In this document: in pieces, positions 12,601 through 27,600 of the stretch | Layout: each line of letters starts with the position of its first letter | Numbering within the stretch: the first letter of the stretch is position 1 | Assembly (NCBI GenBank): GCA_965655095.1 | Contig: OZ296654.1 | Span: 76,756,001-76,820,000 of the forward strand | Direction: 5' to 3' | Origin: Haplodiscus bocki | Lineage: Eukaryota | DNA: 64,000 nucleotides | Made by a program: the position numbers and the translations under genes | Notes under the pieces: generated by a model | Database searches by the model: none | Told to the model about the DNA's origin: nothing | Seen by the model: the letters and a program-made list of their open reading frames with translations, nothing else

Positions 12601-15600
12601 CTCCTTCTTTTGTTGTCTGATCTTTGACAAAACTCAAGCATGAGTGATTTTGACCAAAGTTTGTTGTGTTTTTCAAGAAGATTGACAACATGGAGTTCAA
12701 ATTACTAAAACAAACTAACAGAGAGCCAGACTTGAACTATGTTTTAGAACCCAGTGAGACATCAGCTAGTTGTTACAAAGAAAAGTTCAGTGGAAAGAAG
12801 AATTCAATCACACAAAAGTTACCAGCAGAGTCCGAAGATACTCACAAACAACTTTAGCGGAATCACAAAATGGTTGAATCTTTGCGTCGCTGAAAGACAA
12901 AGCAAGTGTGTGACACTGCGTTGCTACCATCTGGACAAAGCAATGGCCGATGTTACGTGTATATCGCAATGTCCGAAAATTTGAGTCTAATAACATAGCC
13001 AGAAAAAGAACAAAAAAGTGTCTCTATAGTTTAGTTAAAAAATGACTCACAAATGAGTTGTTTGGACAAAATTTTCACAAGTTTTAACAACGAACATGAG
13101 GAAGTTTACATTCTTCAACAAGTTGATGGTTCTTCTCACTGTTTCAAGTCGCTCCTTCCATTTTCATCTTTTCAAAGTAAACCGTATGCAATACTAGCAA
13201 ATTTCGGCAAAACTTAAAACACTTTCGAAGAATTGGACCACCCACAGCTCTCTCAGTTTTAATAGACTTTGCGAAAAAGATTCAAAGATTGTGAACGATG
13301 TAAGAACCGGTCAGAAAATGTAATTACAAAGAAAGAAAAGTTCACGCCGTCATTGAACAAGCTTGTAGCCAAACTTCTTTTGACGAAACATTTCTGCAAC
13401 AACAGGTAAGAAACGAACCCTTCACGGCTCGACTATTTCGAGGAAGTTAAAAATCAAACTTTCCTATCAGAGAAAAATCATTACTTTTAACTGTCTCTTT
13501 ATGTTTTTTTTGGTTCAACATTCAGAACATTTGTAAAAATGAACAATTCCAGTTTCTTTGAGTGAAAATATAGCGTGGGAAATCTTTTTGAAAGATAGAC
13601 GAAGCGAAGTTTTCGGCAGAACGCATAATTTCCTTTTATGGCCACTTTCGAAGCAATAACAGAACTCATCTTCAAAACAACGGTGAGAAGAGGCAAAGGT
13701 TCACTTTTGAGTTGTTTTCATGAGGAACGCAAGTCGGATTTTTGATCGAAATGTCAAGAGAGCTGAAAAACCAGAATGATTGAAAAGTTAGCATTGTCTG
13801 ACCTAAATTACTTCACCAAAACCAGAGCAGATCACAAATCATTTGTTCTAAGACGCCACTTCTTTTCATTTGTCGAAGGTGAATTTGCAACTGAAAAATG
13901 ATCCGGATTCCAAAATACGAAATTGTGAATCAAAATCGAAGAGCTTCGTTGTTTTCCTTAACTTACCATAAAACATCAAAAAACCAATCAAATTTTATAA
14001 AATTGATGAAATCTTGCAACTTTGGCAAACTGTAGCTTTTTAGCGGCTTTTGAGCCGCAACACTTCAAGAAAACCTGAAGCAAAAGTAACATTTTTGGTG
14101 ATGTCTTTGTGGAAGAATGGGATTTGTGGCGATTAAAAGGGTTCAAAATGTTTCCCAGTAAAAGAGAATCTACTTCATTGGTTTTCTAAAAACTTTTGTT
14201 CCTCGACATGGCAAAACACCTTTGTGACAAAACATCCAGCTAAGAAATAATAACAGAAAAACACAAACAAAACTTGGGCTCCTTCTTTTGTTGTCTGATC
14301 TATGACAAAGCTCAAGCATGAGTGACTTTGACCAAAGTTTGTTGTGTTTTTCAAGAAGAGTGACAACATGGAGTTCAAATTACTAAAACAAACTAACAGA
14401 GAACCAGACTTTAACTAAGCTTTAGAACCCAGTGAGACATCAGCTAGTTGTTACAAAGAAAAGTTCAGTGGAAAGAAGAATTCAATCACACAAAAGATAC
14501 CACCAGAGCCCGAAGATACTGACAAACAACTTTAGCGGAATCACAAAGTGGTTGAATCTGTGCGTCGCTGAAAGACAAAGCAAGTGTGTGACTCTGTGTT
14601 GCTACCATATGGACAAAGCAATGGCTGATATTACGTGTATATCGCAATGTCCGAAAATTTGAGTCTAATAACGTAGCCAGAAAAAGAACAAAAAAGTGTT
14701 TCTATAGTTTAGTAAAAAATGACTCACAAAAGATCTGTTTGGACAAAATTTTCACACGTTTTACCAACGAACATGAGGAAATTTACATTCTTCATCAAGT
14801 TGATGGTTTTTCTTACTGTTTCAAGTTGCTCCTTTCGTTTTCATCTTTTCAAAGTAAACCCCAAGCAATACTAGCAAAATTCGGCAAAACTTAAAACACT
14901 TTCGAAGAATTGGACCACCCACAGCTCTCTCAGTATTAATGGACTTTGCGAGAAAGTTTCAAAGATTGTGAACGATGTAAGAACCGGTCAGAAAATGTAA
15001 TTACAAAGAAAGAAAAGTTCAAGCCGTCATTGAACAAGCTTGTAGCCAAACTTTTTTTGACGAAACATTTCTGCAACAACAGGTAAAAAACGAACCCTTC
15101 ACGGCTCGACTACTTCGAGGAAGTGAAAAATCAAACTTTCCTATCAGAGAAAAATCATTAGTTTTAACTGTCTCTTTAGGTTTTTTTTGGTTGAACTTTC
15201 AGAAGAATTGTAAAAATGAACAGTTCCAGTTTCTTTGAGTGAAGTTATAGCGTGGAAAATCGTTTTGAAAGATAGACGAAGCAAAGTTTTCGGCAGAACG
15301 CATAATTTCGTTTTATGGCCACTTTCGGAGCACCAACAGAGCTCATCTTCAAAACATTGGTGAGAAGAGGCAAAGGTTTACTTTTGAGTTGTTTTCATGA
15401 GGAACGCAAGTCGGAATTTTGATCGAAATGTCAAGAGAGCTGAAAAACCAGAATGATTGAAAACTTAGCAATGTATGACCTAAATTACTTCACCAAAACC
15501 AGAAGCAGATCACAAATCAATTGTTCTAAAACGCCACTTCTTTTCGTTTGTGGAAGATGAAATTGCGACTGAAAAATGATCCGGGAGCCAAAATACGAAA

Positions 15601-18600
15601 TTTTGAGTCGAAATCGAAGGGCTTCATTGTTTTCCTTAACTTACCATAAAACATCAAAAAACCACACAATTTTCATAAAAATGATGAAATCTTGCAACTT
15701 TGGCAAACTGTAGCTTTTACGCGGCTTTTGAGCTGCAACACTTCCAGAAGAATCTGAAGCAAATGAAACATTATTGGTGATGTCTTTGTGGAAGAAGGGG
15801 ATTTCTGGCGGTTAAAAGGGTTCAAAATGTTTCCCAGTAAAAGACAATCTACTTCATTGGTTTTCCAAAAACTTTGGTTCACCGACATTGCAAAACACCT
15901 TTGTGACAAAACATCCAGCTAACAAACCATAACTGAAAAACACAGACAAAACTTGGGCTTCTTCTTTTGTTGTCTGATCTATGACAAATCTCAAGCATGA
16001 GTGATTCTGATCAAAGTTCGTTGTGTTTTTCAAGAAGAGTGACAAAATGGAGTTCAAATTACTAAAACAAACAAATTTGCAAACAGAGAGCCAGATTTGA
16101 ACTTAGTTTTAGCACCCGGTGAGACATCAGCTAGTTGTTACAAAGAAAAGTTCAGTGGATAGAAAAATTCAATCACACAAAAGATACCAACAGAGTCCGA
16201 AGATACTGACAAACAACTTTAGCGGAATCACAAAATGGTTGAATCTTTGCGTCGCTGAAAGACAAAGCAAGTGTGTGACACTGCGTTGCTACCATATGGA
16301 CAAAGCAATGGCTGATATTACGTGTATATCGCAATGTCCAAAAAATTGCGTCTAATAACATAGCCAGAAAAAGAACAAAAAAGTGTTTCTACAGTTTAGT
16401 TAAAAAATGACTCACAAATGATCTGTTTAGACAAATTTTCCACAAGTTTCAACAGAGAACATGAGGAAGTTTACATTCTTCATCAAGTTGATGGTTCTTC
16501 TCACTGTTTCAAGTCGCTCCTTTCATTTTCATCTTTTCAAAGTAAACCCTAAGCAATACTAGCAAAATTCGGCAAAAATTAAAACACTTTTGAAGAATTG
16601 GACCACCCACAGCTCTCTTAGTATTAAAAGACTTTGCGAAAAGGTTTCAAAGGTTGTGAACAATGTAAGAACCGGTCAGAAAATGTAATTACAAATGAAG
16701 AAAAGTTCAAGCCGTCATTGAACAAGTTTGTAGCCAAACTTTTTTTGACGAAACAATTCTGCAACAACAGGTAAAAAACGAACCCTTCACGGCTCGACTA
16801 TTTCGAGGAAGTGAAAATTCAAACTTTCCTATCAGAGAAAAATCATTAGTTTTAACTGTTTCTTTAGGTTTTTTTTGGTTGAACTTTCAGAAGAATTGTA
16901 AAAATGAACAATTCCAGTTTCTTTGAGTGAAGTTATAGCGTGGAAAATCTTTTTGAAAGATAGACGAAGCGAAGTTTTCGGCAGAACGCATAATTTCCTT
17001 TTATGGCCACTTTCGAAGCACCAACAGAGCTCATCTTCAAAACATTGGTGAGAAGAGGCAAAGGTTTACTTTTGAGTTGTTTTCATGAGGAACGCAAGTC
17101 GGAATTTTGATCGAAATGTCAAGAGAGCTAAAAAACCAGACTGATTGAAAAGTTAGCAATTTATGACCTAAATTACTTCACCAAAACCAGAAGCAGATCA
17201 CAAATCAATTGCTCTAAAACGCCACTTCTTTTCATTTGTCGAAGGTGACTTTGCAACTGAAAAATGATCCGGAAGCCAAAATACGAAATTTTGAGTCGAA
17301 ATCGAAGGGCTTCGTTGTTTTCCTTAACTTACCATAAAACATCAAAAAACCATTCAATTTTTATAAAAAAGATGAAATCTTGCAACTTTGGCAGACTGTT
17401 GCTTTTTAGTGGCTTTTGAGCTGCAACACTTCAAGAAGAACCTGAAGCAAACGAAACATTATTGGTGATGTCTTTGTGGAAGAAGGGGATTTCTGGCGAT
17501 TAAAACTGTTCAAAATGTTTCCCAGTAAAAGACAATCTACTTCATTGGTTTTCCAAAAACTTTTGTTCACCGACATTGCAAAACACCTTTGTGACAAAAC
17601 ATCCAGCTAACAAACCATAACTGAAAAACACAGACAAAACTTGGGCTTCTTCTTTTGTTGTCTGATCTATGACAAATCTCAAGCAAGAGTGATTCTGATC
17701 AAAGTTCGTTGTGTTTTTCAAGAAGAGTGACAACATGGAGTTCAAATTACTAAAACAAACAAATTTGCAAACAAAGAGCCAGATTTGAACTTAGTTCTGG
17801 CACCCAGTGAGACATCAGCTAGCTGTTACAAAGAAAAGTTCAGTGGATAGAAAAATTCAATCACACAAAAGATACCACCAGAGTCCGAAGATACTGACAA
17901 ACAACTTTAGCGGAATCACAAAGTGGTTGAATCTGTGCGTCGCTGAAAGACAAAGCAAGTGTGTGACTCTGCGTTGCTACCATATGGACAATGCAATGGC
18001 TGATAATACGTGTGTATCGCAATGTCCCAAAAATTTGAATCTAATAACATAGCCAGAAAAAAAACAAAAAGATGTTTCTCTAGTTTAGTTGAAAAATGAC
18101 TCACAAATGATCTGTTTGGACAAAATTTTCACAAGTTTTAACAACCAACACGAGGAAGTATACATTCTTCATCAAGTTGATGGTTCTTCTCACTGTTTCA
18201 AGTCGCTCCTTTCATTTTCATCATTTCAAAGTAAACCCTAAGCAATACTAGCAAAATTCGGCAAAACTTAAAACATTTTCGAAAAATTGGACCACCCACA
18301 GCTCTCTCAGTATTAATAGACTTTGCGAAAAAGTTTCAAAGATTGTGAGCGATGTAAGAACCGGTCAGAAAGTGTAATTACAAATGAAGAAAAGTCCAAG
18401 CCGTCATTGAACAAGTTTGTAGCCAAACTTTTTTTGACGAATCATTTCTGCAACAACAGGTAAAAAACGAACCCTTCACAGCTCGACAATTTCGAGGAAG
18501 TGAAATTACAAATTTTCTTATCAGAGAAAAATCATTAGTTTTAACTGTCTCTTTATGTTTTTTTTGGTTCAACTTTCAGAAGTTTTGTAAAAATGAACAA

Positions 18601-21600
18601 TTCCAGTTTCTTTGAGTGAAGTTATAGCGTGGGAAGTCTTTTTGAAAGATAGACGAAGCGAAGTTTTTGGCAGAACGCATAATTTCCTTTTATGGCCACT
18701 TTCGAAGCACCAACAGAACTCATCTTCAAAACATCGGTGAGAAGATGCAAAGGTTTACTTTTGAGTTGTTTTTATGAGGAACGCAATTCGGAATTTTGAT
18801 CGAAACGTCAAGAGAGATGAAAAACCAGAATGATTGAAAATTTAGCAATGTATGACCTAAATTACTTCACCAAAACCAAAACAGATCACAAATCAATTGT
18901 TCTAAAACGCCTTTTCTTTTCATTTGTCGAAGGTGAATTTGCGACTGAAAAATGATCCGGAAGCCAATACACGAAACTTTGAGTCGAAATCGAAAGGCTT
19001 CGATGTTTTCCTTAACTTACCATAAAACATCAAAAAACCATTCAATTTTTATAAAAATGATGAGATCTTGCAACTTTGGCAAACTGTAGCTTTTTAGCGG
19101 CTTTTGAGCTGCAACACTTCAAGAAGAACCTGAAGCAAATGAAACATTTTTGGTGATGTCTTTGTGGAAGAAGCGGATTTGTGGCGATTAAAAGGGTTCA
19201 AAATGTTTCCCAAAAAAAGACAATCTACCTCATTGGTTTTCCAAAAACTTTTGTTCCTCGACATGGCAAAACACCTTTGTGACAAAACATCCAGCTGAGA
19301 AATAATAACAGAAAAACACAGACAAACTTGGGCTCGTTCTTTTGTTGTCTGATCTATGACAAATCTCAAGCATGAGTATTTTGACCAAAGTTTGTTGTGT
19401 TTTTCAAAAAGGGTGACAACATGGAGTTCAAATTACTAAAACAAACTAAATTGCAAACAGAGAGCCAGACTTGAACTAAGTTTTAGAACCCAGTGGGACA
19501 TCAGCTAGTTGTTACAAAGAAAAGTTCAGTGGAGAGAAAAATTCAATCACACAAAAGATACCACCAGAGTCCGAAAATACTGACAAACAACTTTAGCGGA
19601 ATCACAAAATGGTTGAATCTTTGCGTCGCTGAAAGACAAAGCAAGTGTGTGACTCTGCGTTGCTACCATATGGACAAAGCAATGGCTGATAATACGTGTA
19701 TATCGCAATGTCCATAAATTTGAATCTAATAACATAGCCAGAAAAAAAAATGAAAAAGTGTTTCTCTAGTTTAGTTGAAAAATGACTCACAAATGATCTG
19801 TTTGGACAAAATTTTCACAAGTTTTAACAACGAACATGAGGAAGTATACATTCTGCATCAAGTTGATGGTTCTTCTCACTGTTTCAAGTCGCTCCTTTCA
19901 TTTTCATCCTTTCAAAGTAAACCCTAAGCAATACTAGCAAAATTCGGCAAAACTTAAAACATTTTCGAAGAATTGGACCACCCACAGCTCTCTCAGTATT
20001 AGTAGACTTTGCGAAAAAGTTTCAAAGATTGTGAGCGATGTAAGAACCGGTCAGAAAATGTTTTTAAAATTAAAGAAAAGATCAAGCCGTCATTGAACAA
20101 GTTTGTAGCCAAACTTTTTTTGACGAAACATTTCTGCAACAACAGGTAAAAAACGAACCCTTCACGGCTCGACTATTTCGAGGAAGTGAAATTTCAATCT
20201 TCCTTATCAGAGAAAAATCATTAGTTTTAACTGTCTCTTTATGTTTTTTTTTGGTTCAACTTTCAGAAGATTTGTAAAAATGAACAATTCCAGTTTCTTT
20301 GAGTGAAGTCATAGCGTGGGAAATCTTTTTGAAAGATAGACGAAGCGAAGTTTTCGGCAGAACGCATAATTTCCTTTTATGGCCACTTTCGAAGCACCAA
20401 CAGAGCTCATCTTCAAAACATTGGTGAGAAGAGGCAAAGGTTTACTTTTGAGTTGTTTTCATGAGGAACGCAAGTCGGATTTTTGATCGAAATGTCAAGA
20501 GAGCTGAAAAACCAGAATGATTGAAAAGTTAGCATTGTCTGACCTAAATTACTTCACCAAAACCAGAGCAGATCACAAATCATTTGTTCTAAGACGCCAC
20601 TTCTTTTCATTTGTCGAAGGTGAATTTGCGACTGAAAAATGATCCGGAAGCCAAAATACGAAACTTTGAGTCGAAATCGAAGGGCTTCGTTGTTTTCCGT
20701 AACTTACCATACAACATCAAAAAACCATTCAATTTTTATAAAAATGATGAGATCTTGCAACTTTGGCAAACTGTAGCTTTTTAGCGGCTTTTGAGCTGCA
20801 ACACTTCAAGAAGAACCTGAAGCAAATGAAACAGTTTTGGTGATGTCTTTCTAGAAGAAGGGGATTTGTGGCGGTTAAAAGGGTGCAAAAATTTTCCCAA
20901 AAAAAGACAATCTACCTCATTGGTTTTCCAAAAACTTTTGTTCCTCGACATGGCAAAACACTTTTGTGACAAAACATCCAGCTGAGAAATAATAACAGAA
21001 AAACACAGACAAACTTGGGCTCCTTCTTTTGTTGTCTGATCTATGAGAAATCTCAAGCATGAGTGATTTTGACCAAAGTTTGTTGTGTTTTTCAACAAGA
21101 GTGACAACATGGAGTTCAAATTACTAAAACAAACTAAATTGCAAACAGAGAGCCAGACTTGAACTAAATTTTAGAACCCAATGAGACATCAGCTAGTTGT
21201 TACAAAGAAAAGTTCAGTGGAGAGAAAAATTAAATCACAAAAAAGATACCACCAGAGTCCGAACATACTGACAAACAACTTTAGCGGAATCACAAAATGG
21301 TTGAATCTTTGCGTCGCTGAAAGACAAAGCAAGTGTGTGACACTGCGTTGCTACCAATTGGACAAAGCAATGGCTGATATTACGTGTATATCGCTATGTC
21401 CGAAATTTTGAATCTAATAACATAGCCAGAAAAAAAACAATAAAATGTTTCTCTAGTTTTGTTAAAAAATGACTCATAAACGATCTGTTCGGACAAAATT
21501 TTCACAAATTTTAACAACGAACATGAGGAAGTTTACATTCTTCAACAAGTTGATGGTTCTTCCCACTGTTTCAAGTGGCACCTTTCGTTTTCATCTTTTC

Positions 21601-24600
21601 AAAGTAAACCCTAAGCAAAACTAGCAAACTTCGGCAAAACTTAAAATACTTTCGAAGAATTGGACCACCCACAGCTCTGTCAGTATTAATAGACTTTGCG
21701 AAAAAGTTTCAAAGATTGTGAACGATGTAAGAACCGGTCAGAAAATGTAATTACAAATAAAGGAAAGTCCCAGCCGTCATTGAACAAGTTTGTAGCCAAA
21801 CTTTTTTGACGAAACATTTCTGCAACAACAGGTAAAAAACGAACCCTTCACGGCTCGACTATTTCGGGTAAGTGAAAATTCAAACATTCCTATCAGAGCA
21901 AAATCATTAGTTTTAACTGTCTCTTTAATTTTTTTTGGTTAAACTTTCAGAAGAATTGTAAAAATGAACAATTCCAGTTTCTTTGAGTGAAGTTATAGCG
22001 TGGAAAATCTTTTTGAAAGATAGACGAAGCGAAGTTTTCGGCAGAACGCATAACTTACTTTTATGGCCACTTGCGAAGCACCAACAGAGCTCATCTTCAA
22101 AACATTGGTGAGAAGAGGCAAAGGTTTACTTTTGAGTTGTTTTCATGAGGAACGCAAGTCGGAATTTTCATCGAAATGTCAAGAGAGCTGAAAAACCAGA
22201 ATGATTGAAAAGTTAGCAATGTATGACCTATAACACAACACCAAAACCAGAAGCAGATCACAAATCAATTGTTCTAAAACGCCACTTCTTTTCATTTGTT
22301 GAAGGTGAATTTGCGACTGAAAAATGATCCGGAAGCCAAAATACGAAATTTTGAGTCGAAATCGAAGGGCTTCGTTGTTTTCCTTAAATTACCATAAAAC
22401 ATCAGAAAACCATTCAACTATATAAAAATGATGAAATCTTGCAACTTTGGCAAACTGTAGCTTTTTAGCGGCTTTTGAGCTGCAACACTTCAAGAAGAAC
22501 CTGAAGCAAATGAAATATTTTTGGTGATGTCTTTGTGGAAGGAGGGGATTTGTGGCGATTAAAAGGGTTCAAAATGTTTCCCAGTAAAAGACAATCTACT
22601 TCATTGGTTTTCCAAAAACGTTTGTTCCCCGACATTGCAAAACACCTTTGTGACAAAACATCCAGCAAACAAACCATAACTGAAAAACACAGACAAAACT
22701 TGGGCTTCTTCTCTTGTTGTCTGATCTATGACAAAAGTCAAGCATGAGAGATTCTGATCAAAGTTTGTTGTGTTTATCAAGAAGAGTGACAACATGGAGT
22801 TCAAATTACTAAAACAAACTAATTTGCAGACAGAGAACCAGATTTGAACTAAGTTTTAGCACCCAGTGAGACGTCAGCTAGTTGTTACAAAGAATAGTTC
22901 AGTGGAGAGAAAATTTCAATCACACAAAAGATACCACCAGAGTCCGAAGATACTGAAAAACAACTTTAGCGGAATCACAGAATGTTTGAATCTGTGCGTC
23001 GCTGAATGACAAAGCAAGTGTTTGACTTTGCGTTGCTACCATATGGACAAAGCATTGGCTGATAATACGTGTATATCGCAATGTCCGAAAATTTGAATCT
23101 AATAACATAGCCAGAAAAAAAACAAAAAATATTTCTATAGTTTAGTTAAAAAATGACTCATAAATGATCTGTTTGGACAAAATTTTCACAAATTTTAACA
23201 ACGAACATGAGGAAGTTTACATTCTTCAACAAGTTGATGGTTCTTCCCACTGTTTCAAGTGGCACCTTTCGTTTTCATCTTTTCAAAGTAAACCCTAAGC
23301 AATACTAGCAAACTTCGGCAAAACTTAAAACACTTTCGAAGAATTGGACCACCCACAGCTCTGTCAGTATCAATAGACTTTGCGAAAAAGTTTCAAAGAT
23401 TGTGAACGATGTAAGAACCGGTCAGAAAATGTAATTACAAATGAAGAAAAGTTCAAGCCGTCATTGAACAAGTTTGTAGCCAAACTTTTTTGACGAAACA
23501 TTTCTGCAACAACAGGTAAAAAACGAACCCTTCACGGCTCGACTATTTCGGGTAAGTGAAAATTCAAACATTCCTATCAGAGCAAAATCATTAGTTTTAA
23601 CTGTCTCTTTAATTTTTTTTTGGTTAAACTTTCAGAAGAATTGTAAAAATGAACAATTCCAGTTTCTTTGAGTGAAGTTATAGCGTGGAAAATCTTTTTG
23701 AAAGATAGACGAAGCGAAGTTTTCGGCAGAACGCATAACTTACTTTTATGGCCACTTTCGAAGCACCAACAGAGCTCATCTTCAAAACATTGGTGAGAAG
23801 AGGCAAAGGTTTACTTTTGAGTTGTTTTCATGAGGAACGCAAGTCGGAATTTTCATCGAAATGTCAAGAGAGCTGAAAAACCAGAATGATTGAAAAGTTA
23901 GCAATGTATGACCTATAACACAACACCCAAACCAGAAGCAGATCACAAATCAATTGTTCTAAAACGCCACTTCTTTTCATTTGTTGAAGGTGAATTTGCG
24001 ACTGAAAAATGATCCGGAAGCCAAAATACGAAATTTTGAGTCGAAATCGAAGGGCTTCGTTGTTTTCCTTAAATTACCATAAAACATCAGAAAACCATTC
24101 AACTATATAAAAATGATGAAATCTTGCAACTTTGGCAAACTGTAGCTTTTTAGCGGCTTTTGAGCTGCAACACTTCAAGAAGAACCTGAAGCAAATGAAA
24201 TATTTTTGGTGATGTCTTTGTGGAAGGAGGGGATTTGTGGCGATTAAAAGGGTTCAAAATGTTTCCCAGTAAAAGACAATCTACTTCATTGGTTTTCCAA
24301 AAACGTTTGTTCCCCGACATTGCAAAACACCTTTGTGACAAAACATCCAGCAAACAAACCATAACTGAAAAACACAGACAAAACTTGGGCTTCTTCTCTT
24401 GTTGTCTGATCTATGACAAAAGTCAAGCATGAGAGATTCTGATCAAAGTTTGTTGTGTTTATCAAGAAGAGTGACAACATGGAGTTCAAATTACTAAAAC
24501 AAACTAATTTGCAGACAGAGAACCAGATTTGAACTAAGTTTTAGCACCCAGTGAGACGTCAGCTAGTTGTTACAAAGAATAGTTCAGTGGAGAGAAAATT

Positions 24601-27600
24601 TCAATCACACAAAAGATACCACCAGAGTCCGAAGATACTGACAAACAACTTTAGCGGAATCACAGAATGTTTGAATCTGTGCGTCGCTGAATGACAAAGC
24701 AAGTGTTTGACTTTGCGTTGCTACCATATGGACAAAGCATTGGCTGATAATACGTGTATATCGCAATGTCCGAAAATTTGAATCTAATAACATAGCCAGA
24801 AAAAAAACAAAAAATATTTCTATAGTTTAGTTAAAAAATGACTCATAAATGATCTGTTTGGACAAAATTTTCACAAATTTTAACAACGAACATGAGGAAG
24901 TTTACATTCTTCAACAAGTTGATGGTTCTTCCCACTGTTTCAAGTGGCACCTTTCGTTTTCATCTTTTCAAAGTAAACCCTAAGCAATACTAGCAAACTT
25001 CGGCAAAACTTAAAACACTTTCGAAGAATTGGACCACCCACAGCTCTGTCAGTATCAATAGACTTTGCGAAAAAGTTTCAAAGATTGTGAACGATGTAAG
25101 AACCGGTCAGAAAATGTAATTACAAATGAAGAAAAGTTCAAGCCGTCATTGAACAACTTTGTAGCCAAACTTTTTTTGACGAAACATTTCTGCAACAACA
25201 GGTAAAAAACGAACCCTTCACGGCTCGACTATTTCGGGGAAGTGAAAATTCAAACATTCCTATCAGAGCAAAATCATTAGTTTTAACTGTCTCTTTAAGT
25301 TTTTTTTGGTTAAACTTTCAGAAGAATTGTAAAAATGAACAATTCCAGTTTCTTCGAGTGAAGTTATAGTGTGGGAGCTCTTTTTGAAAAATAGACGAAG
25401 CGAAGTTTTCAGCAGAACGAATAATTTTTTTTATGGCCACTTTCGACTTTCGAAGCACCAACGGAGCTCATCTTCGAAACATCGGTGAGAAGAGGCAAAG
25501 GTGTACTTTTGAGTTGTTTTCATCAGGAAAGCAAGTCGGATTTTTGATCGAAATGTCAAGAGAGCTGAAAAACCAGAATGATTGAAAAGTTAGCAATGTA
25601 TGACCTATAATACTTCACCAAAACCAGAAGCAGATCACAAATCAATTGTTCTAAAACGCCACTTCTTTTCTTTTGTTGAAGGTGAATTTGCGACTGAAAA
25701 ATGATCCGGAAGCCAAAATACGAAATTTTGAGTCGAAATCGAAGGTCTTCGTTGTTTTCCTTAAATTACCATAAAACATCAGAAAACCATTCAACTTTAT
25801 AAAAATGGTGAAATCTTGCAACTTTGGCAAACTGTAGCTTTTTAGCGGCTTTTGAGCTGCAACACTTCAAGAAGAACCTGAAGCAAATGAAACATTTTTG
25901 GTGATGTCTTTGTGGAAGAAGGGGATTTGTGGCGATTAAAAGGGTTCAAAATGTTTCCCAGTAAAAGACAATCTACTTCATTGGTTTTCCAAAAACTTTT
26001 GTTCCCCGACATTGCAAAACACCTTTGTGACAAAACATCCAGCAAACAAACCATAACTGAAAAACACAGACAAAACTTGGGCTTCTTCTCTTGTTGTCTG
26101 ATCTATGACAAATGTCAAGCATGAGTGATTCTGATCAAAGTTTGTTGTGTTTATCATGAAGAGTGACAACATGGAGTTCAAATTACTAAAACAAACTAAT
26201 TTGCAAACAGAGAACCAGATTTGAACTAAGTTTTAGCACCCAATGAGACATCAGCTAGTTGTTACGAAGAAAAGTTCAGTGGAGAGAAAAATTCAATCAC
26301 ACAAAAGATACCACCAGAGTCCGAAGATACTGACAAACAACTTTAGCGGAATCACAGAATGGTTGAATCTGTAAGTCGCTGAATGACAAAGCAAGTGTTT
26401 GACTTTGCGTTGCTACCATATGGACAAAGCAAAGGCTGATAATACGTGTATATCGCAATGTCCGAAAACTTGAATCTAATAACATAGCCAGAAAAAAAAA
26501 ACAAAAAATGTTTCTATTGTTTAGTTAAAAAATGACTCACGAATGATCTGTTTGGACAAAATTTTCACAAGTTTTAACAACGAACATGAGGAAGTTTACA
26601 TTCTTCAACAAGTTGATGGTTCTTCCCACTGTTTCAAGTGGCACCTTTCGTTTTCATCTTTTCAAAGTAAACCCTAAGCAATACTAGCAAACTTCGGCAA
26701 AACTTGAAACACTTTCGAAGAATTGGACCACCCACAGCTCTGTCAGTATTAATAGACTTTGCGAAAAAGTTTCAAAGATTGTGAACGACTTAAGAACCGG
26801 TCAGAAAATGTAATTACAAATAAAGAAAAGTTCAAGCCGTCATTGAACAAGTTTGTAGCCAAACTTTTTTTGACGAAACAATTCTACAACAACACGTAAA
26901 AACGAACCTTTCACGGCTCGACTATTTCGAGGAAGTGAAAATTCACACTTTCCCATCAGAGAAAAATCATTAATTTTAACTGTCTCTTTATGTTTTTTTT
27001 GGTTGAACTTTCCGGAGAATTGTAAAAATGAACAATTCCAGTTTCCTTGAGTGAAATTATAGCGTGGGAGCTCTTTTTGAAAGATAGACGAAGCGAAGTT
27101 TTCGGCAGAACGCAAAAATCTTTTTCATGGCCACCTTCGAAGCACCAACAGAGCTCATCTTCAAAATATCGGTGAGAACAGGCAAAGGTTTACTTTGAGT
27201 TGTTTTCATGAGGAATGCAAGTCGGATTTTTGATCGAAATGTCAAGAGAGCTGAAAAACCAGAATGATTGAAAAGTTGGCAATGTATGACCTAAATTACT
27301 TCACCAAAACCAGAAGCAGATCATAAATCAATTGTTATGAAACGCCACTTCTTTTCATTTGTCGAAGGTGAATTTGCGACTGAAAAATGATCCGGAAGCC
27401 AAAATGCGAAATTTCGAGTCGAAATCGAAGGTCTTCGTTGTTTTCCTTAACTTACCATAAAACATCAAAAACCATTTAATTTTTATAAAAAAGTATGAAA
27501 TCTTGCAACTTTGGCAAACTGTAGCTTTTTAGCAGCTTTTGAGCTGCAACACTCCAAGAAGAACCTGAGGCAAATGAAACACTTTGTGTGATGACCTTGT